Below are positions 30,707-40,890 of a stretch of DNA of 64,000 nucleotides, one piece after another. The notes beneath the pieces were generated by a model. That model worked only from the letters and a program-made list of their open reading frames with translations. It had not been told where the DNA came from and did no database searches. The DNA is taken from contig CAVRAG010000008.1 in the NCBI GenBank assembly GCA_963718895.1, forward strand, positions 64,001-128,000. Reading direction: 5' to 3'. The stretch is from an uncultured Nitrososphaerota archaeon. Its GTDB lineage: Archaea > Thermoproteota > Nitrososphaeria > Nitrososphaerales > Gagatemarchaeaceae. The first letter of the stretch is position 1. Each line of letters starts with the position of its first letter. The position numbers and the translations under genes were made by a program.

Positions 30707-31412
30707 CATCAAAGCGGTCATCCTCGCCGGCGGGCTGGGGACGCGTCTTCGGCCGTACACCCTGTTCCTCCCGAAGCCCATGCTCCCGGTGGGGCACAGG
30801 CCGATCCTCGAGCACATAGTGGAGTGGCTGAAGCAGAACGGCATCGAGGACCTGATCATCTCGACCGGGTATCTCGGGAAGGCCATCGAGGACTACTTCG
30901 GCGACGGCGGAGAGTTCGGGGTGAGGATAGAATACGCCCGCTCAAGAAGGCCCCTCGGCATAGCGGGGCAGCTGCGCAACGCGGAGAGCATGCTCGGCGA
31001 CCGGTTCGTCTGTCTCTACGGCGACGCCATCCTCGAGTTCGACCTCAGGAGACTGGTAAAGTTCCACGCCGAGAAGCGCGCCATGCTCACGATGGCGCTC
31101 ATGGAGGAGAGGATTCAGGGGAAGTACGGGGTCATAGAGCTCGAGGGCAGCGGCCGGATCAAGCGGTGGAAGGAGAAGCCGGTGATCCAGAACGACATTA
31201 ACATCGGGTGCTACGTGATGCAAAAGTCCTACCTCGGGTACATTCCCGCCGGCTCGACCTATGGGATGAAGGAGGCGTTCGAGGACGCGATGAATCACCA
31301 CGAACCTCTGTTCGGGCTGAAGGTCGAGGGCACCTTCAGGGACATCGGCGACAGGGCCGCCTTCAGAGAGGCCGACGAGTACTACTCGAAGCTCTACGGG
31401 AAGGTCCCCTAG
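30687..31412 (+). CDS. sugar-phosphate nucleotidyltransferase
   Basis: KAVILAGGLGTRLRPYTLFLPKPM lies in frame upstream of the ATG at 30780; PLGIAG, YGD, DIG motifs; probable CTG start. Confidence 0.9.
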   Translation: MSKRAGNIKAVILAGGLGTRLRPYTLFLPKPMLPVGHRPILEHIVEWLKQNGIEDLIISTGYLGKAIEDYFGDGGEFGVRIEYARSRRPLGIAGQLRNAESMLGDRFVCLYGDAILEFDLRRLVKFHAEKRAMLTMALMEERIQGKYGVIELEGSGRIKRWKEKPVIQNDINIGCYVMQKSYLGYIPAGSTYGMKEAFEDAMNHHEPLFGLKVEGTFRDIGDRAAFREADEYYSKLYGKVP

Positions 31413-31427
31413 TCAGGGCGAATCCAG

Positions 31428-32627
31428 ATGAGCGTGGTCATCTTCGAGGACGACCGTTGGTCAGACTTCCAGCCCCTCAGCTCTACGAGGCACGTCGGAC
31501 AGCAGATACTCGGCAGAGGATCGATAATCGAAGAGGTCAAGGGGCGCGTGGACGACGAGGTCTCGCTGTCGGGCAGGAGCTATCTGGCCAAGAGTGTGGA
31601 GGAGGATACGAACCTGTCCTACAACGAGCGGGTCGACGGGAGCGTCCTGGCTGTGAACGCGAGGATCAACCCCCTCAAAGAGTTCGAGGAGATGGTCGCC
31701 GGGAAGTCGAACTTCGCCCTGCTCGACAGGGGGGAGGTCGCGATCGCACTGCTCACAAAGAAGAGCTTCGAGTCGGCCTCCGCCGCCGACGGGACGCTTG
31801 CGCAGAGGAAGCTCGCCTCGGCCGCGAAGAGCCTCGAGCGGATCGAGACCGTCGAGCCAATCTTGTTCAGGTACCCCTGGGAGATGCTCGCGGCCAACGG
31901 CCTCGCGCTGGAGACCAAGGCTGCAGGGACGGGAGACAAGAGGCTCGCCATCAGCCCGGACGCGGAGGTCGAGGAGTTCGTCACCTTCGACCCCACCACG
32001 GGGCCCATCGTCGTCGCCGAGAAGGCGAGGGTGGAAGCGTTCTCCCGCGTCTCGGGTCCCTGCTACGTGGGCCCCAAGACCGTCGTGCGCTCGGCCCTGG
32101 TCAGGGGAGGGACGACGATAGGCACGGACTGTAGGGTGGGCGGGGAGGTGGAGCACTCCATAGTCTACCCCCACTCGAACAAAGCCCACTTCGGCTACCT
32201 TGGTCACTCGATCGTGGGGGAGTGGGTGAACATCGGTGCCGGGAGCGCCACGAGCGATCTGAAGAACACTTACGGGACCGTCAGGGTCGAACGCGCCTCG
32301 GGAAGGGTCGACAGCGGGACGGTGAAGCTCGGCGCGATGATCGGGGACATGGCCAAGGTCTCCATAGGTTGCATGATCTACGCGGGGAAGACCATCGGCG
32401 TGGGCGCGCACTGCTCCGGGCTGGTCGATCAGGACGTCCCCGACTTCACGAGCCACGATGGGTACAGGCAGAGATCTTCGGCCCTCAAGCTCGAGTCCGT
32501 GACGCGGACGCTCGCCAGGATGATGGGGAGGCGGGAGGTCACACTTACGAGAAACAGGGTCGCCCTGATAGACCACCTCTACGGAGGGAGAGCGCGTCTG
32601 GGCAGCCCGGCGCGAGCAGGCCGCTGA
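31428..32627 (+). CDS. GlmU-related putative sugar nucleotidyltransferase/acetyltransferase
   Basis: FED...FQPLS.TR N-terminus, YPWE, hexapeptide repeats, SNKAHFGYLGHS..GEWVNIGAG..SDLKNTYG. Confidence 0.82.
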   Translation: MSVVIFEDDRWSDFQPLSSTRHVGQQILGRGSIIEEVKGRVDDEVSLSGRSYLAKSVEEDTNLSYNERVDGSVLAVNARINPLKEFEEMVAGKSNFALLDRGEVAIALLTKKSFESASAADGTLAQRKLASAAKSLERIETVEPILFRYPWEMLAANGLALETKAAGTGDKRLAISPDAEVEEFVTFDPTTGPIVVAEKARVEAFSRVSGPCYVGPKTVVRSALVRGGTTIGTDCRVGGEVEHSIVYPHSNKAHFGYLGHSIVGEWVNIGAGSATSDLKNTYGTVRVERASGRVDSGTVKLGAMIGDMAKVSIGCMIYAGKTIGVGAHCSGLVDQDVPDFTSHDGYRQRSSALKLESVTRTLARMMGRREVTLTRNRVALIDHLYGGRARLGSPARAGR

Positions 32628-32825
32628 AGACCCCCAGGCCGAGGATTCGGCCAGAGCCAAGGGCCGACCGATGTCGAGGTTGGGATTTCCATCTCCGACG
32701 TGGGGGATCATCCAAGGCGAAATAGCAAGAACTGCGACCTAAAGAACGGAACGGAACCTTCGGCGGCCCTGAGCAGCTTAAAAGGGGGCGCTTCGCGTCC
32801 CGTGCCATCAAGATCGAGCAATGCC

Positions 32826-33860
32826 ATGATGGGACAAGACAAACTCTCTCCTGAAGAGGTTGTCAGGGTCGACCCGAGAAGGGTCTACGAGCTCTACGAT
32901 CGCTGGCCCGCCGATGTCGAGGACGCCCTCAAGATACAGGTGGAGGTGCCTAGAAAGAAGTACAGTCGGGTGATCTACCTCGCCGTGGGAGGATCGGCGA
33001 CCGCTGGAGACATAATCTCCGACTGGTTCCTTTCATCTGGAGGGGTCGAGGTCTCGGTCTACCGGGGCAATCTGCCGAGGGTAAGTCTGAAGAACGCGCT
33101 CGTCATCGTCTGCAGCACATCGGGGGACACCGAGGAGACGCTGGAGATGGCCCGCACCGTCAGCAAGGAACACCCCGACATGGTCACGATATCCTCCGGG
33201 GGCAAGCTCGCGGAGTTGGCCGCCAAGGAAGGTATAGTCCACGTCGGGATACGCCTCTCGAAGGCCCCGCGCTTCACCCTGCCCTACAGCCTCTTCGCGG
33301 CCGTCGCGACGCTGAGGTCCGCCTCGCTCCTCGACGGCATCGAGTGGGAGCTCGACGAGACGGTCTCGAACCTTAAGAAGACCTCGACGGAGATAGGGAT
33401 TACGGTCCCGACAGCGAAGAACGCCTCGAAGCAGATAGCCGAGGTCGCAGCCAGGGGAGAACCCTGCATCTACGCGACGTCGGTCACCCGGAGCGTCGCG
33501 AGGAGGTTCAAGACCTCCCTGAACGAGAACGCGAAGATGCACGCGACCTACAACACCTCACCGGACGTCATGCACAATGAAGTGGAGGAGTGGGAGGTGC
33601 CGGACAGCAGGCTGCAGCCCATCTTCATCCAGAGGGCCGGCGACCCCGCGTCCGAGGTCCGGTCTCGGGAGGCCTTCCTGCGCATCCTGGAGAAGAAGGG
33701 TGTGAAAGTAGGCCGAGTCCAGGCGAAGGGAAAGGGGAACCTCTCGCAGCTGATGAACCTGTGCTACACGCTCGACGTGGCTTCCTACTACACCGGGGTG
33801 TTGAGAGGCGTAGACATCTTCCCGATCCGACTCATCGAGGACCTGAAGCGGACTAGGTAA
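32826..33860 (+). CDS. bifunctional phosphoglucose/phosphomannose isomerase (SIS domains)
   Basis: VGGSATAGD, STSGDTEET, ISSGGKL, APRF, ARRFKTSLNENAK, HNEVE. Confidence 0.85.
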   Translation: MMGQDKLSPEEVVRVDPRRVYELYDRWPADVEDALKIQVEVPRKKYSRVIYLAVGGSATAGDIISDWFLSSGGVEVSVYRGNLPRVSLKNALVIVCSTSGDTEETLEMARTVSKEHPDMVTISSGGKLAELAAKEGIVHVGIRLSKAPRFTLPYSLFAAVATLRSASLLDGIEWELDETVSNLKKTSTEIGITVPTAKNASKQIAEVAARGEPCIYATSVTRSVARRFKTSLNENAKMHATYNTSPDVMHNEVEEWEVPDSRLQPIFIQRAGDPASEVRSREAFLRILEKKGVKVGRVQAKGKGNLSQLMNLCYTLDVASYYTGVLRGVDIFPIRLIEDLKRTR

Positions 33861-34884
33861 TCCCGACCATCTGCGCGAGCTCCTTCCTGCTCGCTGCGCC
33901 GAGCTGCTCGGCGGCCTTCTCCGGGGTCACCTCGTTGACGAAGACTCCGCCGCCAAGCTCGAGCCCTGCCCAGTTCGAGACCCGCGGATAGACCTCCACG
34001 TGCCAGTGGATCTGCTTCGTCGTCTTCTTCTCGGAGGAGCTGTGGAAGACCAGGTTGAAGCCGCAGTCGCCCAGCACCTTGGACATCCCGCCGAGGGTGG
34101 ACCGGAGAAGCAGCGAGAGGTCCATGAGCTCCTTCTGCGACAGCTTGAGGATGCTGGTCTGGTGGCGCTTGGGATAGATCCAGAACTCGTAGGAGTGGGC
34201 GGAGACCCAGGGCGTGAAGGCGATATAGAATTCTGTCGAGATGATCTGCCGCGGCCCTCCGCTCTCCGAGGCGATCACCTGGCACATCGGGCAGACCCCG
34301 AGCTCGTTGAGGGAGCTCTGGACCGTCACGGCTTCTAGCTCCACGACGGGGGGGAGCCTGGGTAGCGTCACTATCTGGACGTTGGGGTGGTCGATCGACT
34401 CGCCCGAACCCTTGCCGTGGTTGATGTACGTGAGAACGTAGCTGACGCCCCTCTGGGCATAGAGCCAGCGCACCTTGTCCTGCATGGTCGCCAGGAGGTT
34501 GGTCCACTGGTCGATGTCTATCTTGGCGAATGAGTCGCCGTGGTTGGGAGTCGCAACGACGACGTAGTGGTATCCGATCGCGGGCTCGCTGTAGTGGGGG
34601 TACTCGCCGTACGATGGCGGGGCGTTCAGCGTCACGACAGGGTTCTTGTTCTGGAAGACCCGCACGACCCACCCCTTGATTCGCTCCCCCTCCGTGTCGG
34701 TCTGCTTGACGAGCGTATTGCCCATCTTCACGAGGACGAGGTCGGCCGGTGGGGTCATGTCCTCGTTGCCAGGGCAGAACGGGCACTTCCCGTGGTCGAG
34801 GTGTTTCGTCGGGATGCGGGCGCTGCGCTCTGTGGCGACGATAGAAAGTTTCTCGGTGAAGTAGTCCTTTCTTATCTCGACCAT
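33853..34884 (-). CDS. galT: galactose-1-phosphate uridylyltransferase-like protein
   Basis: EIRKDY, CPFCPGNE, VRVFQNKNP, NHG..SG.SIDHPNVQ (HxH appears as HPN), HWHVE, AGLELG. Confidence 0.82.
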   Translation of the reverse strand: MVEIRKDYFTEKLSIVATERSARIPTKHLDHGKCPFCPGNEDMTPPADLVLVKMGNTLVKQTDTEGERIKGWVVRVFQNKNPVVTLNAPPSYGEYPHYSEPAIGYHYVVVATPNHGDSFAKIDIDQWTNLLATMQDKVRWLYAQRGVSYVLTYINHGKGSGESIDHPNVQIVTLPRLPPVVELEAVTVQSSLNELGVCPMCQVIASESGGPRQIISTEFYIAFTPWVSAHSYEFWIYPKRHQTSILKLSQKELMDLSLLLRSTLGGMSKVLGDCGFNLVFHSSSEKKTTKQIHWHVEVYPRVSNWAGLELGGGVFVNEVTPEKAAEQLGAASRKELAQMVGIT

Positions 34885-34974
34885 TGATGGCCGCTGGCTT
34901 TACTTCATCGAGATATATCGTTTCTCGGCCCCGCGCGAATATTGATATCCCCCTCGCGGGAGCGCGGGCAGACA

Positions 34975-36207
34975 ATGAAGTTCGGATACGTCCTGCTCGA
35001 CGGGTGCGGGGACAGGCCCGCTCCTTCACTCAACTTCACCACGCCTCTCGAGGCGGCGAACACGCCCAACCTTGACGCGGTGGCAAGGAGGAGCAAGATG
35101 GGCCGCGTGGTCACCGTGGGACGCGATGTGGCTCCCGAATCGGACATCGCGGTCTTCAACATGCTCGGATACGCGTTCCCCAGGGGTTACCCCGGCAGGG
35201 GAGTCGTCGAATCTGTGGGAGCCGGTGTGGCGTTCAATGACGGCGATCTCGCCCTCAGGGCAAACTTCGCGACGACCGAGAAAGGATACATCACCGACAG
35301 GAGGGCGGGCCGCGACCTGACCAAGGGCGAAGCCCTCTCGCTGCAGGAGGACCTCAAGGAGGTGAAGCTGAAAGGCGCGGAGTTCGAGTTCAAGAGCACC
35401 GTCGGCTACAGGGCGGTCCTGGTCATCAGGGCGGACAGGCCGCTCTCGGCCGAAATCACCAACACCGACCCGGCCTACGTTAGGACGCGCGGCTTCGGCG
35501 CCGCCCGGAACGTCAAGGGACCGGAGAAGGTGCAGGCCTGCAAGCCCCTCGTGAGAGCGGCGGGGGCGAAGAGGGCCACCGAGCTGGTCAACGAGTTCCT
35601 CGCCCGGGCCATGTCGGTGCTCGACGCCTCGGCGGTAAACGACCAGAGAAGGCGCGAGGGGAAGAAGCCGGCGAACCTCCTGCTTCTCAGGGATGCCAGC
35701 GACCACCTACCTTCGGTCGTGTCGTTCAAGGAGAAGTACGGCGTCAACGGGGTGGCCCTGGTCGAGATGCCAGCCGAGGTCGGGATCGCGCGGCTCCTCG
35801 GGATGAAGGAAGTTCTCCTGAAGGACCACAAGGACCTGGCCAGGAAGGCGGAGTTCTTCAAGAGGGAGCTGGTCGAGGGGACGGTCGTCTACGCCCACAT
35901 CAAGGGTCCCGACGAATACGGTCACGACGGGGACGCGGTAGGCAAGAAGAGTAACATCGAGACCATCGACAGAGCCTTCTTCGGGGCCATAGCCGAGAAG
36001 GCGACGGACGCACGGATGGCAGTGTCGTGCGACCACGCTACACCGTGTGTCCTCAAGAGCCATTCCAGCGACCCGGTCCCACTGATGATAACGACGGATG
36101 ACAGGGACACGGACTGCTGCAGGTTCACCGAGGGGGACGCGAAGCGCGGAAGCCTCGGCACCCTAAAGGGCGCAGAGGTCTTGAGTAGGGCCCTCTCGAC
36201 GCCCTAG
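34975..36207 (+). CDS. apgM: 2,3-bisphosphoglycerate-independent phosphoglycerate mutase
   Basis: LDGCGDRP, TPLEAANTPNLD, PESD, DRRAGR, HIKGPDEYGHDG, DHATP, HSSDPVP. Confidence 0.92.
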   Translation: MKFGYVLLDGCGDRPAPSLNFTTPLEAANTPNLDAVARRSKMGRVVTVGRDVAPESDIAVFNMLGYAFPRGYPGRGVVESVGAGVAFNDGDLALRANFATTEKGYITDRRAGRDLTKGEALSLQEDLKEVKLKGAEFEFKSTVGYRAVLVIRADRPLSAEITNTDPAYVRTRGFGAARNVKGPEKVQACKPLVRAAGAKRATELVNEFLARAMSVLDASAVNDQRRREGKKPANLLLLRDASDHLPSVVSFKEKYGVNGVALVEMPAEVGIARLLGMKEVLLKDHKDLARKAEFFKRELVEGTVVYAHIKGPDEYGHDGDAVGKKSNIETIDRAFFGAIAEKATDARMAVSCDHATPCVLKSHSSDPVPLMITTDDRDTDCCRFTEGDAKRGSLGTLKGAEVLSRALSTP

Positions 36208-36342
36208 AGGACATGCTAGGCCGTCTTGGGAGGCCAGCAGGTCATCGATACGACGTGCCCCACCGAGACGAGGGTGACTTTGGCCATCCTTGTGGGCACT
36301 GTCCCCCGGGGGAGCCTCTGGAAGAAGGCGGCGTAGCCCGTC

Positions 36343-37680
36343 CTATTCTTTCTGCTCGACCGTTTCCGGGAGGGCTCCGCCCTCCTCGTCGAAGAGCTCC
36401 TCGACGGTCTGTCCCTTCCGAACTATCGAGAAGCGCCCTTGGGCGTCCCTCATGTGGACGTATGGTTTGGGCTGACAGTGGAAGGGCGAACCGAGGACGA
36501 TCGAGTAAGCTCCCACACCCCTGAAGACCACTATCTTCCCGACCTCGGCGCCGCCCAGCTTCGACCTGCTGGAAGTGGCGAAGACGTCGAGGGAGTCGCA
36601 GAGCCGTCCGACCAGGATGGTCTTCTGCTGGGTGGCAGCGCCGCCCGGAACGACCTCGACGGGGTACTCATGTCTGAGGAGGGCCGTGTCAGCCAGGTCA
36701 TGGTAGCCGGCGTCTAGGTAGACGTACTTGTTCTCGTTGAACCTCTTCACGTTTACTATCTTCGAGACCATGATCATCGAGTTCGCCGACAGGAACCTCC
36801 CGCTCTCGACGATGAGCGTGAACTTGTTCCCGAAACTCTCTGCCAGGCTGCTCAGCTGCTCCATTATCCTCGCCGAGAAATCGGCCGGTGCAGGAACGCT
36901 CTTTCCGTAGGATGTCGGGAGCCCTCCGCCGATGTCCAGGGTGTTGACCGGGAACTCCCCGAGAGCTCGCCTGGCGCCGAGGATGAACGCTTCGAGCTTC
37001 TCGAGCGCCTCTGAATAGCAGGAGGGGTCCTCCACCTGGCTGCCGAGGTGGAAGTGGAAGCCGTCGAAATTGAGCGACGGCGTCTCCAGGATCTTCTTGA
37101 GCATGAACAGGGCGCTGTCCTCGCCCATCGAGTCTAGGGGCACGCCGAACTTCCCGTGCCTTATCGAGAACCTGAGCTCGGCCTTGACGTGGACCTCAGG
37201 GTTGACCCGAATGAGGACGTTGACCTGTGCCCCGACCTTGGCCGTGGCCTCTATCAGATTTAGGAGGCCGTTGTAGCTCGAGACCACGATCTTCCTCACG
37301 CCCCTCGCGATCAGGCTCTCGAACTCCGCGAAGGTCTCCGTGATGCTCGTGTAGATAACGTTCTCAGGTGACCCGCCGCACTTCAGCAGGAAGTAGAGCT
37401 CGTTGGCAGCTGTAAGATCGAACATTATGCCTTCGGAGACGAACGTCTTGATGACCGCTGGGTTGAAGTTCGCCTTGATAGAGTACGCGACCCTGAACGG
37501 GCCCTTGAAGCCCTGGTACGCTTGCTCTATCTCGCTCACGTTCCTCCTGAGTACTGCCTCATCGATGAGGAAGTATGGTGTGCCAAACTTCGCGGCCAGA
37601 TTGTAAAGCTCCTGGTCATCGAACTTTGGTGTCGTCGGATTCCGGGTCTTCGTCACCGGTTGAGCCCGAGGTTCAGGCAA
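36343..37680 (-). CDS. lysA: diaminopimelate decarboxylase family (fold III PLP decarboxylase)
   Basis: FGTPYF, YSIKAN, RVNP, KFG, HFHLGSQ, DIGGG, ESGRF, GRLCDSLD, GAYS. Confidence 0.8.
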   Translation of the reverse strand: MPEPRAQPVTKTRNPTTPKFDDQELYNLAAKFGTPYFLIDEAVLRRNVSEIEQAYQGFKGPFRVAYSIKANFNPAVIKTFVSEGIMFDLTAANELYFLLKCGGSPENVIYTSITETFAEFESLIARGVRKIVVSSYNGLLNLIEATAKVGAQVNVLIRVNPEVHVKAELRFSIRHGKFGVPLDSMGEDSALFMLKKILETPSLNFDGFHFHLGSQVEDPSCYSEALEKLEAFILGARRALGEFPVNTLDIGGGLPTSYGKSVPAPADFSARIMEQLSSLAESFGNKFTLIVESGRFLSANSMIMVSKIVNVKRFNENKYVYLDAGYHDLADTALLRHEYPVEVVPGGAATQQKTILVGRLCDSLDVFATSSRSKLGGAEVGKIVVFRGVGAYSIVLGSPFHCQPKPYVHMRDAQGRFSIVRKGQTVEELFDEEGGALPETVEQKE

Positions 37681-37944
37681 TTGTTTGTAACACGAGTGTC
37701 AGAAGATTCACTTAAAAATTTATCCCCGTTTGAAAAACTTCTCAGCGATCCGAGGCACGTCTCGCGTCGAGCAACGATTGGGATAGTTGGTGAGTCGAGC
37801 CGTATCGTCGACAGGGAAGCGAGAGCCCTAGCGAGCTAGCTGCGCGCAAAAAGCAAGGATTAGTTCTAGAGAAACCGCTCATCACGCTGCGCGTCCTAGT
37901 GACGCGGGATCCTTGTGAGGGTCCCGAGTCTCAGGCTTGGAGGG

Positions 37945-38307
37945 TCACCTGCCGACGAGTATCTCGATCGACGAGACGTTCCTCATCTCGCCTGTGTCGA
38001 CGCTCTTGACCTGCTCGGTGCTGATGGCGATGTTCTTCACCGCGAACGCGCCGTTGCCTAGCCTCTTGGTGACGATCTCAGCGACGTCGACCGCCCTTCC
38101 GATTGCGAGGCCTCTCGCCTTGATGACCACTTCGCCTGCCTGCGAAAGCTGTATGAGCGCAGACATCGCGTAGCTCATCACTGGCTTCTTGCCCACGTAG
38201 ATGTGGTTCTGTGCCATTCCTGTCGGTGGTGCCACCTCCTCTTCGGAGTGTTCTGCGCCGGCTGGTTGTTCCGCTGTTGGTGCCCGAATGTTTGGTTTGC
38301 TGGACAT
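37945..38307 (-). CDS. albA: DNA/RNA-binding protein Alba
   Basis: IYVGKKPVMSY, IKARGLAIGRAVDVAE, NVSSIEI. Confidence 0.95.
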   Translation of the reverse strand: MSSKPNIRAPTAEQPAGAEHSEEEVAPPTGMAQNHIYVGKKPVMSYAMSALIQLSQAGEVVIKARGLAIGRAVDVAEIVTKRLGNGAFAVKNIAISTEQVKSVDTGEMRNVSSIEILVGR

Positions 38308-38378
38308 AGTAGTTTCGGGCGACGGTTAATCCCTATTTATGCGTAACTGGACGATTCGTCCATCTGGACCGGCGGTGA

Positions 38379-38675
38379 TCAGAGCAGATATCGGACTGGT
38401 ATGTCCTGATACTCGCCATTCGGGAGCGACCGCCTTATGGAGAGCGGCAGCGCCTCGCTTGCGAGCTCGGACATGGCGAGGAAGATCGGGTCCTTCGTCG
38501 CCTCGTCGATCGGCACGAAGAAGGGAGCGCCCATCGCCAGCTGTAGAGAACGCGCCCCGATGATCCTTGCTCTCTCAAATCGGGTGAGCTTCGGCGGCCC
38601 TATCTTAATCTCAAAACCTTCCTCCACCGCGCGTCGAGGTTTTTTCTTATCGCGCGAAGCAACTGCTGGGGACAA
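38379..38675 (-). CDS. rpoK: DNA-directed RNA polymerase subunit K (Rpo6)
   Basis: LTRFERARIIGARSLQLAMGAP, LPLSIRR.LPNG. Confidence 0.95.
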   Translation of the reverse strand: MSPAVASRDKKKPRRAVEEGFEIKIGPPKLTRFERARIIGARSLQLAMGAPFFVPIDEATKDPIFLAMSELASEALPLSIRRSLPNGEYQDIPVRYLL

Positions 38676-38928
38676 TCAATGACCTCGAGAATGGTTGGGC
38701 CTTTTAAACCGCAACTATAAAGTTTGTGCTCCCTGTCCTTTTTGAGGAAATTTGTCTCTGGCTCGACGGAGAGCCCCCGGCCCTCGCCGTCAGGCAGCGC
38801 AGCATCGACGTCGATGTCCGGCCCCCGCCAGAGATATCCCGACCGTCAGCGATACACAATAATGAAATAGTGGACGCGAGCGGCTCCGAAATGTCGCTCA
38901 TGGAACGCCAGACCAGGGAAGATGGAAA

Positions 38929-39327
38929 TTGTCAGTCTCGAAAGTAGAGTGCAAGGCGGTAGTCAGAGGAAAGGGCGAAGTGAAGTTCGATATCTTCAAG
39001 CACCTGGCTCCCGTCACCGTGAGCGCAATCCTCAGGGAGCTCCCGATCAACGCGCGGGTCACGATCTATCCCAGGGCCATGATCTGTCTCCTGACGGGGA
39101 TAAAGGCCGGCGTCGAGAAGCAGAGATTCGAGTTCTCAAAGGGCGACGTGGCTTTCCTCCCCGCGAACGGCTCTCTCTGTTTCTTCCTGGCGAACGCCAA
39201 GAGTCAGAGCCCCCTGAACCCCATCGGAAAGGTGGACGTCGACATGGGACTCCTCGGCGGCCTCTCCGCCGGAGACACGATGGAGGTTGTTCAGGTGCGC
39301 GAGGTCAGCGAAGGCGCCCAGACGTAG
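38929..39327 (+). CDS. cyclophilin-like fold protein
   Basis: HLAPVTV.AI.R.LP, GDVAFLP.NGSLCFF, PLNPIGKV. Confidence 0.75.
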   Translation: MSVSKVECKAVVRGKGEVKFDIFKHLAPVTVSAILRELPINARVTIYPRAMICLLTGIKAGVEKQRFEFSKGDVAFLPANGSLCFFLANAKSQSPLNPIGKVDVDMGLLGGLSAGDTMEVVQVREVSEGAQT

Positions 39328-39641
39328 TGCCCGCTGTATCCGCCGACCTTGAAGAGCATACCCTTCGACTCGAGAGAGGCCAAGATCGACCTCGCGATCG
39401 AGGCGCTGACGTTGAAGCTCCTTGCCGCAGAGTAGACGGTGATGGCCTTCTGCGACCCCAGTGACTTCAGGAACTCCTGGTCGCCCAGTTTCGGCATTAG
39501 GACCTCTACCCTCTTCCTCTCGCCGACCGAGACCTTCGCCTTCTCCGTCTTCTTTATCTTCGATCCGTCGGCCTGCTGCTCTCCGTCCTCGTTCTGCGTC
39601 TTCTCCATCGAGGCCAGAGTCTTCTTCTTTGTTCCTCCCAT
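39291..39641 (-). CDS. rps25e: 30S ribosomal protein S25e
   Basis: MGGTKKKTLASMEK...KAITVYSAAR..NVSASIA..IL..LE.KG. Confidence 0.88.
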   Translation of the reverse strand: MGGTKKKTLASMEKTQNEDGEQQADGSKIKKTEKAKVSVGERKRVEVLMPKLGDQEFLKSLGSQKAITVYSAARSFNVSASIARSILASLESKGMLFKVGGYSGHYVWAPSLTSRT

Positions 39642-39761
39642 CTAATTCACGCAGATACCCGCGCTTCCGACCGAATAATTAAGGTTGCGCATCCGCTGCG
39701 GACCAGTGGCGACGACTCTTCGCCCGGTACCGACGCCTAGGACGATGCGCCAGACTGAGAG

Positions 39762-40763
39762 CTAGTTCTCGAAGTGGCGCGGCCCATCTGGCTGCTCGAG
39801 CGTCTCTTCTCTGCTCAGCTCCTGCAACAGCTTCAGGAGGGAGACCCCCAGCGGGGTCAGCTCGTACATCCTGACCTTCCCGTAGACCACCTTGTCGTCG
39901 ACGAACCCGTACTTCTTCATCAGCATGAGGTGCCTGTCGACGCCCTTCCAGTCGAGCCCCAGCTCCTGCGCCAGCTGGAGCCGGTCCTTGGGGAGCGAGA
40001 GCGCGTCGAGCAGCCTGATGCGCGTCTTACCGCCCCTCATCTTCACGAAGAGGCCGAAGACGTCCGCGTCGAACCCGAAGTCCGTCCATCTCGACCTCAT
40101 CCTGCCTCGCCAGATCCACATCCCCCCGACAGCGGCCCAGCTCCCCGGAGCGAGAGCCAGCGAATGAGTCTCGAAGAACAGCAGGAGCGAGAGGAGCGAC
40201 GTCCCTGGTTTGCTTCCAGTGGGCGTCGAGGTGGCCGCCGCTCCGAAGATGGACTGGGGAGAGGTCGTGCTGGCGAGCTGGCTTTGCGTCGCCGTCAGAT
40301 CGCTGACGAGCCCGCTCGAATTTGAGGAAGACGCCATACTCGAGGCCGACGTCGCAGAGGGCGCCGACGCGCCCGTCACGGTCCCGATTGCGACGCCCGA
40401 CATGTTTGCGGTTGTCGTGGTGGTCGTGGACATGGAGACCGTCCCCGTCGTCGTACTCAGAGTGTACGAAGGTGCCGTCGTAGAGGTCGCGGTGTTCGTC
40501 ACCGTGCTAACAGGAGAGGACGCAGTCGACGAAGAGACCCCCTGCGACGAGGACGCCCCGGGTGACGACTCCGACGAGCTCGCCGTCACTACGGTAGTCG
40601 CCATCGTCGTGCCAAGCGTCGTGGCGGAGGAAGTCACACCCTGCACAGGTCCCAGATTCGCTCCGCCGATCAATCCGGTCGACGAGACGAGGTAGGCACC
40701 GAGAAAGGCGGTGTTCAGGATGGCGAATCCCACCAGTGCCGTGAACACCACCGAGGACCTCAT
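39762..40763 (-). CDS. membrane protein with Ser/Thr-rich region and C-terminal ArsR-like winged HTH
   Basis: N-terminal TM, ~150-aa S/T/A tract, second hydrophobic segment, then RGGKTRIRLL..L..P....QLAQELGLDWKGVDRHL..M.K.G.V...YELT..G. Confidence 0.75.
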   Translation of the reverse strand: MRSSVVFTALVGFAILNTAFLGAYLVSSTGLIGGANLGPVQGVTSSATTLGTTMATTVVTASSSESSPGASSSQGVSSSTASSPVSTVTNTATSTTAPSYTLSTTTGTVSMSTTTTTTANMSGVAIGTVTGASAPSATSASSMASSSNSSGLVSDLTATQSQLASTTSPQSIFGAAATSTPTGSKPGTSLLSLLLFFETHSLALAPGSWAAVGGMWIWRGRMRSRWTDFGFDADVFGLFVKMRGGKTRIRLLDALSLPKDRLQLAQELGLDWKGVDRHLMLMKKYGFVDDKVVYGKVRMYELTPLGVSLLKLLQELSREETLEQPDGPRHFEN

Positions 40764-40890
40764 CGACGAGACGAAAAGACCGAATTTGTGTTAAATACTT
40801 TTGTCCGAACCGCGCGATGCGCGGAAGAGAGAGACCAGGTGTACGGTCGAGGCAACGAGGCCTTGCCCACCCCTCCAGGTCGCCCCGAGC

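Noticed and set aside
38720-38930. RNase P RNA (GAGGAAA motif with some pairing) or a 73-aa ORF
   Set aside because: No complementary 3' P4 strand, and the ORF has no recognisable features.
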